This document shows, in pieces, positions 56,953-64,000 of a stretch of 64,000 nt of DNA; within the stretch, counting starts at the first letter, position 1, and each line of letters opens with the position of its first letter. The stretch lies in contig JBAZTV010000003.1 in the NCBI GenBank assembly GCA_041661765.1, positions 79,914 through 143,913 on the forward strand, given 5' to 3'. Position numbers and translations under genes: made by a program. The stretch is from Candidatus Shapirobacteria bacterium (lineage in GTDB: Bacteria > Patescibacteriota > Microgenomatia > UBA12405). Below the pieces are notes generated by a model. It was not told where the DNA came from, made no database searches, and saw nothing but the letters and a program-made list of their open reading frames with translations.

Positions 56953-57912
56953 TTACAATAATTTACTTTGTTCTTCCCATTTAAAAAGTTCTCCCAATGA
57001 TTTTTCTTGATGAATTCGATCAATAATCTTACTTAAAAGCGGCGCTAATGAAATTATTTTCATTTTCTTTATCTTATTCTCTTCAGAAATTGGAATTGTA
57101 TCCAAAAAAATAACTTCGGACGCACAACAATTTTCCAAGTTTTCTATTGCCTTTCCGTTTAATAAAGCATGTGTAGCACAAATAATTACCTCTTTAGCTC
57201 CGTATTTTTTAACCACATCAGCAGCCGCACAAATTGATCCACCAGTATCAACCATATCGTCAATTATAATAGCTGTTTTTCCTTTCACATCACCTACTAC
57301 ATGAGCCACCTCACATTTATTATGTTCTCTCCTGATTTTATCAATAATAGCAATTGGTGCATTTAACAAATCTGCCATTTTATTGGCTCTTTTTACTCCC
57401 CCCACATCTGGCGAAACTATCACAATATCTTTATATTTTTTCTGAACCAAATATTTTGTTATTAACGGATAACCCACAAAATGATCAACAGGAATATCGT
57501 AAAAACCCTGAATCTGGTCCGCATGCAAATCCACTGTCACTAACCGATCCACTCCAGCTTTAGTAATTAAATCAGCTATCAATTTTGCCGTTATCGATTC
57601 GTGTGATTGAGTTCTTCTGTCTTGTCTGGAATAACACATCTGTGGACAGATTAAATTAATCCTTCCTGCCGACGATCTTTTCAAAGCATCCACCAAAATC
57701 AAAAGTTCCATCAAACAATCGTTAACTGGGTTTGTCATTGTTTGAATAATAAAAATATCATCACCTCGAACCTTTTTACCCAATCTCACATAAATCTCTC
57801 CGTTTGCAAATTTTTTAATAATTATCGGAGTCAATGGGATTTTCAACTTTTTTGATATTTTTTGGGCCAAATTTGGATGTGATGTTCCAGCAATTAACTG
57901 AATTCCATTCAT
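56953..57912 (-). CDS. prs: ribose-phosphate pyrophosphokinase
   Basis: YSRQDRR, VDLHADQIQGF, VSPDVGG, IDDMVDTGGS. Confidence 0.97.
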   Translation of the reverse strand: MNGIQLIAGTSHPNLAQKISKKLKIPLTPIIIKKFANGEIYVRLGKKVRGDDIFIIQTMTNPVNDCLMELLILVDALKRSSAGRINLICPQMCYSRQDRRTQSHESITAKLIADLITKAGVDRLVTVDLHADQIQGFYDIPVDHFVGYPLITKYLVQKKYKDIVIVSPDVGGVKRANKMADLLNAPIAIIDKIRREHNKCEVAHVVGDVKGKTAIIIDDMVDTGGSICAAADVVKKYGAKEVIICATHALLNGKAIENLENCCASEVIFLDTIPISEENKIKKMKIISLAPLLSKIIDRIHQEKSLGELFKWEEQSKLL

Positions 57913-58592
57913 AAAAATTTCCTTTTATTAATTTCTTGTAAAATAATTTTATGTATTTCTTCTTTGGGCATTAATTTTCCACCACGACAACAATCTACCA
58001 ACACCCATCTTTTCGGTTCTTTTGTAACCATTTTTTTATACTCCTTAGCCGATTCCATTTGATGATTAAAATCTTCCTCTGCTGCATCCATTGCCTGTCC
58101 ATTAGTATAGTTTCTCTCCATTTTTTTTAAAATATTTTCCCTACAAATTGGTGGATCCACCAATAAAACCAAAACCAAGTCGGGTTTTTTAATTCCCATT
58201 TGATTGTAGCCAGCATCCCAAAGCCAATTAGCGTAAATTTCCCTTTCTTCTTCTGGTCTCTTGGCAATTTGATGAACATTCGAAGTAAAATATCGATTAG
58301 AAATTACTATTTCTCCCCTTTTCAACGCTGGCTCAATTATTTTTTTACTACCATCAGCTTCATCAAGAATATAAGGCAACACTGTTAAATAAGAACTTAT
58401 TTCCATTGGATTTCCAAATTCTTTCGACAACATTCTTCCCACATGTCTTCCCCAAAAACTCGTTTCATAATGAGGATAATCATCCACCACCACTTCTCTA
58501 TTTTCTTTTTTTAATCTTTCGACCAACAATTCTGTTTGCGTTTTTTTTCCCGCTCCATCAATTCCTTCAATTACAATAAACTTACCTTTCAT
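57909..58592 (-). CDS. tmk: thymidylate kinase
   Basis: FIVIEGIDGAGKKTQ, NRYFTSN, KPDLV; coupled to thyX. Confidence 0.88.
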   Translation of the reverse strand: MKGKFIVIEGIDGAGKKTQTELLVERLKKENREVVVDDYPHYETSFWGRHVGRMLSKEFGNPMEISSYLTVLPYILDEADGSKKIIEPALKRGEIVISNRYFTSNVHQIAKRPEEEREIYANWLWDAGYNQMGIKKPDLVLVLLVDPPICRENILKKMERNYTNGQAMDAAEEDFNHQMESAKEYKKMVTKEPKRWVLVDCCRGGKLMPKEEIHKIILQEINKRKFL

Positions 58593-59302
58593 TCTTTTAA
58601 CCTTGCTCCTTTAATGGTTTTCCATAAACCACATGATAATTTCCCTTGGTCACAAATTTTTTCTGAAATACAAGGTGGTCCGGCACTTTCAAAAATGTTT
58701 GGCGCCACTTCTCTAACTAAATCCAACATCTGCTTAGCTACTTCTCTAATTTCCCATTGTGATCTAATGCAAGATCTAACACTTAAAAAGTGTAATAATT
58801 CTCTCGCATTCATACTCATCACCATTTTTATTTGAACTGATTGCGGTTGACAAAATCTGGCATCTTCAGCCTTAACCCCAGCGTCTGTTAATTCATTATA
58901 AAGTTCTTGGGAGTTATCTAAATGTTTTAAATATTTTTCATAAAGTTTTTTATCTTCCAATCCTTTAATTACTGGTGGCACCCTATAACCGGCATCTCCT
59001 CTTTTTACATATCGACCCGATTGAATCGAAAAAGATGCAATTCTGTGTCGAATCAAATGAATTTCCGTCACCCTGCTAACCCCATCAATTGAAAAAGTAA
59101 AAGTCGCGTGTTCCAACGTCGAAGTATGCCCTGATTCAATTACCTGTTTTATTAATTTATTTCTGACTTCTTCTGTTGTTTTCTCCTTAAGCTCTTCAGC
59201 CCCAACCGAACTATAACATTGTCTAATAGCTGCCACCACATTCTGCTCTGGATCAGCCGTATGGCTTAATAGTTTCACCTTTAATTGATCTTCTTTAGCC
59301 AT
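58589..59302 (-). CDS. thyX: FAD-dependent thymidylate synthase
   Basis: GHTSTLEH, RHRIASFSIQSGRY (RHRx7S), AEDARF, QWEIR. Confidence 0.96.
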   Translation of the reverse strand: MAKEDQLKVKLLSHTADPEQNVVAAIRQCYSSVGAEELKEKTTEEVRNKLIKQVIESGHTSTLEHATFTFSIDGVSRVTEIHLIRHRIASFSIQSGRYVKRGDAGYRVPPVIKGLEDKKLYEKYLKHLDNSQELYNELTDAGVKAEDARFCQPQSVQIKMVMSMNARELLHFLSVRSCIRSQWEIREVAKQMLDLVREVAPNIFESAGPPCISEKICDQGKLSCGLWKTIKGARLKE

Positions 59303-59429
59303 TTTTTGTAAAAAAATATAATCTAAGTCAGATTAAACCAACACCCCCTTTAAATCAATTAAACAAACCATATCAAAAAAAAATTTTGCGGTTTTTATTT
59401 AAAAATATTTATATTGCTATACTGTAATA

Positions 59430-59987
59430 GTGATAAAAACTATCCATCAACAAAAACATTATAACTACATTATGCTTTTCCTTGGTGTCGGTCTTGCCAT
59501 TTTGCTTTCCCAAAATCAACTATTCAATAAATTTGTCCTAAGTCTTGGCCAATATAGTTATATTAGTGCCATTATTGCCGGTGCCATGTTTGTCTGCACT
59601 TTCACTGTTGCCACCGGCGGACTAATTATTCTAACCTTAGCAAAAACACTTAATCCAACAGAATTAATATTTTTTGGCATGGTCGGTGCTGTTATTTTTG
59701 ATATGTTTGTTTTTAAATCTATTAAAAATACAGTTGATCAAAAAATTAAAGAAGTTTTTAAAAATCATCAATTTAGTTATTTTAAAAAAATACTCCACAC
59801 AAAATATTTTGCTTGGATGGAACCATTAATCGGTATTTTAGTTTTTATTTCTCCCCTACCTGACGAATTAGGCATCAGTTTATTAGGTCTATCAAAACTT
59901 AAAGCGTATCAATTTCTTTTTATTTCTATTCTTAACCATTCTATCGGTATGTCTTTCATCGTTTACGCAATTAAAATTATTAGCTAA
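59430..59987 (+). CDS. polytopic membrane protein
   Basis: About five TMs, SPLPDELG motif. Confidence 0.7.
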   Translation: MIKTIHQQKHYNYIMLFLGVGLAILLSQNQLFNKFVLSLGQYSYISAIIAGAMFVCTFTVATGGLIILTLAKTLNPTELIFFGMVGAVIFDMFVFKSIKNTVDQKIKEVFKNHQFSYFKKILHTKYFAWMEPLIGILVFISPLPDELGISLLGLSKLKAYQFLFISILNHSIGMSFIVYAIKIIS

Positions 59988-60698
59988 TTATTTAAATTCA
60001 AAAGTTACAGTTAATGTTTTTGAAATAGTTGAAGTTCCAGGACTTAATTCCGCCCCACCATCACCAGAAGATAAAGTTTTATAAATTGGAGAATAATTAC
60101 CGCTACCACCTTCAACCACATTAATCACTTTACCTAATTTTCTTCCGCTAGAGTTGGCAATTAACCCTGCCTTTTCTTTAGCATCAGCCATAGCACTATT
60201 ATACAAAGTCTTTTCCGTATCAGTAGTATTTTCAATCCTAAAACTTGGACCATAAATATTATTCGCTCCGCTTTTATTTAATAGATCCATTAAAGCATTT
60301 GCTTTCGACATATCTCTTAAAGTAATCTCTATTGTACTATTCACCACCCATTGATTATTTTTTGATTTATCTGTCTCCTGTTGTTCATAAACATTCACAT
60401 TTTGTGTTTGAATATCTCCCTCAACAATTCCAAAATCTTTAATTGAAATTGTCAATTCCTTAACTCTTTTGTTAACTTCATCAACTGCTTCTTCCTTTTT
60501 TTCTTTAATTACATTCACTCCGACACTAAAACTAGCCACTTCGTTTGCCTGTTTTGTCTCTGACTCTCCCATTACTACCACTGTTTCCTCCTGAAATTTT
60601 ATTTTTCCCCAACTAATATTTTTCCAAGGCAACACAAACGCTGCAATTATAATCAAAACCAAAACCACAATTCCTTTATTTTCTGTATGTTTTTTCAT
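59988..60698 (-). CDS. SIMPL (DUF541) domain protein
   Basis: TM, DIQTQNVNV, GANNIYGPSF, AMADAKEKA..GRKLGKV, TLTVTF. Confidence 0.88.
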   Translation of the reverse strand: MKKHTENKGIVVLVLIIIAAFVLPWKNISWGKIKFQEETVVVMGESETKQANEVASFSVGVNVIKEKKEEAVDEVNKRVKELTISIKDFGIVEGDIQTQNVNVYEQQETDKSKNNQWVVNSTIEITLRDMSKANALMDLLNKSGANNIYGPSFRIENTTDTEKTLYNSAMADAKEKAGLIANSSGRKLGKVINVVEGGSGNYSPIYKTLSSGDGGAELSPGTSTISKTLTVTFEFK

Positions 60699-60730
60699 AA
60701 ACAATTTTAACATTAAAAATTATTCTTTTA

Positions 60731-60759
60731 GTAGAGACGCGCCGTCGGCGCGTCTCTAC
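60731..60759. repeat. GTAG-type REP-like palindrome
   Basis: GTAGAGACGCGCC-GTC-GGCGCGTCTCTAC, perfect 13-bp stem. Confidence 0.88.
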
Positions 60760-60811
60760 TTTATATCAAAGTAAATAAATCAAACCACATCATTTTATAT
60801 ATCAAAATATA

Positions 60812-61657
60812 TCATTTACATAAAGGGCATTTATCGCCAGAATAATAACAATCACATTTTTCACAATGTTTCAAATTATCAGTATTTTCTAAACTATAAA
60901 CCAACTCTCCATTAGCGCCTACTGAAACAACTATTCCAATTTCACTATTTCCATTATTCCAAGAACTTCCATGTCCTCCTTCAGCGTTAATTTCATTCCC
61001 CATTCTTGCCATAATACTTTCAAACAAATAATTATCACCACCTGCCTCTTCCATCGCCAATCGAACATCTTTTTCCATTTTTATTTTATTCTCGACATCT
61101 TCTCCATTTTCAATAAAGTCCCAAATATCCATAAACTCAGGCATTAATTTTTTACATTCCTGTATCCAATCATCAATTTCTTCAATCCTAAATCCTATCG
61201 GTTGTTGCCTTACGCTTTCTTTATTATTAATTGAATTTATAGATTTTCCATTATTATTTAACAATCTTTTAACCAATTCAAACGATTCATTTTCATCACA
61301 AAGCAAAGGCATGTGTTTTCCATAAAGTGCCCACTCGTTTTTTCCAAAAACAGGGAATTCTATGTTTAATCTACCTTCTTTATATACTTCTCCTCCATCA
61401 TCAGGGCTTATCCAAACCACCAGGTTGTATCCTGCTTTACCTAAAGCAAAAACGTTAAGTGTTGCTTCTTTTTCTTCTTCAGAATGTCCATTATATTCCC
61501 AATTATCTTTTTCTATATTATTTTCTGAATAAAGATCTGAAATATTTATTCTATTTCTCAAATCTAAATCATTAGCTCTCTCTTCTAAAAACGCCCCCGC
61601 AATTTCACCTAGAGAATTTTGATTAATATCGTAAAACTTTTTATTTTCTAAATTCAT
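60812..61657 (-). CDS. acidic hypothetical protein with C-terminal zinc ribbon
   Basis: CEKC..CPLC tail; directly downstream of the cobalamin riboswitch. Confidence 0.7.
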   Translation of the reverse strand: MNLENKKFYDINQNSLGEIAGAFLEERANDLDLRNRINISDLYSENNIEKDNWEYNGHSEEEKEATLNVFALGKAGYNLVVWISPDDGGEVYKEGRLNIEFPVFGKNEWALYGKHMPLLCDENESFELVKRLLNNNGKSINSINNKESVRQQPIGFRIEEIDDWIQECKKLMPEFMDIWDFIENGEDVENKIKMEKDVRLAMEEAGGDNYLFESIMARMGNEINAEGGHGSSWNNGNSEIGIVVSVGANGELVYSLENTDNLKHCEKCDCYYSGDKCPLCK

Positions 61658-61660
61658 ATT

Positions 61661-61740
61661 ACTTTTGCTCGAAAGTTTTGGTTATCCGGCTTTACGGTTG
61701 CGGCACAGCCTAGGAATTTCACCTAGTTCCCCATTAATAA
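61661..61740 (-). promoter_or_regulatory. compact cobalamin riboswitch
   Basis: Reverse complement ATGGGGAA-CTAGG-TGAAATT-CCTAG-GCTGTGCCGCAACCGTAAAGCCGGATAACC..ACTTTCGAGCAAAAGT matches B12-element core; next to pduO/nrdJ. Confidence 0.75.
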
Positions 61741-62163
61741 TTATTGTTTATTTTGTTTTACTGCTTCTAAAAATAAATAATCAGAAAGTCTATTAAAATA
61801 GACCAACATTTTTTTGTCAATTTTTTGCTCCCTATTCAAAGAAACCATTCGTCTTTCCACTCTTCTACAAACAGTCCTCGCCCAATTTAATTTCAATGCC
61901 TTTTTGCTTTTAAATTTCAAAAATTTATTTAAATTAAAATCTTTATCTATTTTTAAATGATCAATCTTAAATTTAACTCCACCTCCCAACTCACCCATTA
62001 TCCCACTTAAATCATCAACAATTTTTTTTTCCACTCCAATTAACTCCAAAATTGATTGCAATTCATCAATCGAACCCACTACTTCAACCAACAAATCATC
62101 CTTGTCGATTCGTTGGTTTCCGCAAGTCGTCTGCCCTTTGTCTCCAGTTTTAGTTGTTATCAT
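61741..62163 (-). CDS. pduO: ATP:cob(I)alamin adenosyltransferase (PduO-type, short)
   Basis: TKTGDKGQT, GSIDELQS, ARTVCRRVERR, YFNRLSDYLF. Confidence 0.85.
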   Translation of the reverse strand: MITTKTGDKGQTTCGNQRIDKDDLLVEVVGSIDELQSILELIGVEKKIVDDLSGIMGELGGGVKFKIDHLKIDKDFNLNKFLKFKSKKALKLNWARTVCRRVERRMVSLNREQKIDKKMLVYFNRLSDYLFLEAVKQNKQ

Positions 62164-62165
62164 AA

Positions 62166-64000
62166 TTAACTACACTTACTATAACCACAAAACTCATTTG
62201 TGCATTTAAAACATCCTTCTTCTGCTCGAAGTGGACTGCCACAATCCGGACAAGAAATTACTTTACTTTCCAAAACTGCTTGCTCAACCCTAATATTCTC
62301 CAATGCTACTACATTAATTGAATCTTTTTCACCAGCAAACATATTTAATTGCTCTCCCCGAGAAATTTCCAAAAGAGATTTTCCAACTGCATCAAACATA
62401 CTCAAAACTGTTCCGTTTCCTAAACCAATTTTTTGGCCACATGAAATTCCAACTAAATTATCAGCAATTTCATCCAAACTCGCCCCATATTTCAATGACA
62501 ATGAAGCTAATCGTCCAATTGCCTCGGCCGCTCCAGCCGTAAATCCACCACTCTTACCCAAAGTCACAAATACTTCCACTGGACCATCGCCCGCTTCATA
62601 AAAAATTGAAGTATAAACACTTCCCAAATCACACTTCTTTTTAAGCCTTAATCCTTGAGCCATAATTGGAGTACTTTTCTTTTTTGGCAACACTTTTTCC
62701 TCGCCCGACAAAGCTTCGGCGACGGCGGGTTTAGCCTTAACTTTTTGCATTGGCTCAAACGATCTTGAACCACTTCTATAAATAGTAATACCTTTAGTTC
62801 CCAAAGAATAAGACTCCAAATAAGCCCTTCTCACATCATTAACTGTCGCTTCTTCCGGCAAATTGATTGTCTTAGAAACTGCATTATCAGTATATTTTTG
62901 AAAAGCCGCCTGAACTCTAATATGCCATTCCGGTTTAATTTCCAAAGCCGTCACAAAAACCGACTTTAAATCTTCAGGAAGTTCTTCTACTCCTTTTAAA
63001 ATTCCACCATTTTTAACAATTTTTTCAATCAATTCTTCAGAATAAATCCCTCTCCTTTTTAATTCCCCAACCAAAGTCGGGTTAACATTGTAAAGAGTTT
63101 TTCCTTCAACTGTATTTTTTTGATAACCCAAAGAAAAAATTGGTTCAATCCCTGAGCTAGTATCCGCCAACATACTAATTGTTCCCGTTGGAGCAATTGT
63201 TGTTAATGCCATATTCCTTGGTTTATAGTCAGTGTTAGCAAAAATACTCACATCCCATAAAGGAAAAGTTCCTCTGGTTTTTGCTAATTCGCAAGTCGCC
63301 TCTCTGGCCGATTCAGTCACAAATTTCATTATCTTTTCTGCCCAGGCAATTCCCTCTTCAGAATCATATCTCACTCCCAATTTAAACAATGCATCAGCAA
63401 ACCCCATAACTCCCACCCCAATTCTTCTAGTATTACTTACCATATCTCTAATTTTTTGAACTGGAAATTCATTAACCTCCACCACATTATCCAAAAAATG
63501 AACTCCAATTCTAACTGTCTCTTTCAACTCTGTCCAATTCAAATCTTTTCCATTTACAAATCTTGCCAAATTAACACTACCCAAATTACATGCATCATAA
63601 GGCAAAAGTGGTTGTTCTCCGCATGGATTAGTTGCTTCAATTCGACCAATACTTGGCACTGGGTTTGAAGTCGAATCATTCATCCTATCAATAAAAACTA
63701 AACCTGGATCACCAAATTGCCATGCTAATCTAGTAATTAAATTAAACACTTTGTAAGCATTTAATTTCATTGTTACCTCATTAGTTCTGGGATTGATCAA
63801 TTCATATCCCTCACCAGTCTGATTCGCAGACGCCCAATCATATAATTTTTTCACCCCAATCTCTACATCTCTCAATCTTTGGTCAACATTTCTGTTTTGT
63901 TCAGCCAATCTTATTTCTTCAATTATCTCTTCTGGAACAGAATCATCAGTCACAAATTTTTTATCAACCTCGATTTTTTCCATAAAAGCATTAGTCACTG
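62166..64000 (-). CDS. nrdJ: class II (B12-dependent) ribonucleotide reductase, C-terminal part; starts upstream of window
   Basis: TNPCGEQPL, CNLGS, TIAPTGTIS, AVSKTINLP, TSCPD-like and zinc-ribbon tail; pduO adjacent. Confidence 0.92.
   Translation of the reverse strand, partial: VTNAFMEKIEVDKKFVTDDSVPEEIIEEIRLAEQNRNVDQRLRDVEIGVKKLYDWASANQTGEGYELINPRTNEVTMKLNAYKVFNLITRLAWQFGDPGLVFIDRMNDSTSNPVPSIGRIEATNPCGEQPLLPYDACNLGSVNLARFVNGKDLNWTELKETVRIGVHFLDNVVEVNEFPVQKIRDMVSNTRRIGVGVMGFADALFKLGVRYDSEEGIAWAEKIMKFVTESAREATCELAKTRGTFPLWDVSIFANTDYKPRNMALTTIAPTGTISMLADTSSGIEPIFSLGYQKNTVEGKTLYNVNPTLVGELKRRGIYSEELIEKIVKNGGILKGVEELPEDLKSVFVTALEIKPEWHIRVQAAFQKYTDNAVSKTINLPEEATVNDVRRAYLESYSLGTKGITIYRSGSRSFEPMQKVKAKPAVAEALSGEEKVLPKKKSTPIMAQGLRLKKKCDLGSVYTSIFYEAGDGPVEVFVTLGKSGGFTAGAAEAIGRLASLSLKYGASLDEIADNLVGISCGQKIGLGNGTVLSMFDAVGKSLLEISRGEQLNMFAGEKDSINVVALENIRVEQAVLESKVISCPDCGSPLRAEEGCFKCTNEFCGYSKCS
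62703..62729. repeat. GC-rich palindromic element in-frame in nrdJ linker
   Basis: GCCCGACAAAGCTTCGGCGACGGCGGG, within the stretch encoding PAVAEALSGE. Confidence 0.45.

Noticed and set aside
62166-64000. Intein or intron in nrdJ
   Set aside because: Reading frame is continuous; no C...HN splice motifs or homing endonuclease in the visible part

Overview
AT-rich bacterial chromosome segment. Gene content, compact intergenic regions and frequent apparently leaderless starts suggest a Patescibacteria/CPR (Microgenomates-like) genome; this is inference. (1) 1-10330: housekeeping genes (topA 5' part, mrdA, mreB, O-antigen ligase-like/TPR gene, def, fmt, rpmB), an unannotated histone H1-like microprotein, a 6S-like RNA and three tRNAs. 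(2) ~10331-39546: a ~29 kb island after tRNA-Ser. It carries a TIR + caspase pair (type IV Thoeris-like), a capsid-less methylase-terminase-serine recombinase operon, an SF1 helicase-nuclease/type III RM/DUF2779 operon, a split and permuted inactive FtsK, and lexA. (3) 39612-64000: nucleotide and cofactor genes (purC, dcd, glyA, prs, tmk, thyX, pduO, nrdJ), two tRNAs and a cobalamin riboswitch. The most unusual signal is at 50017-52330: three consecutive transcription units, each with a consensus sigma70 promoter and a boxA-like motif. The first encodes a twin-hairpin ncRNA; the other two encode related exported proteins whose mRNAs are enclosed by long-range complementary arms. REP-like palindromes are scattered through the window, five of them in-frame inside genes. 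All calls are by eye from motifs; no searches or folding programs were run.
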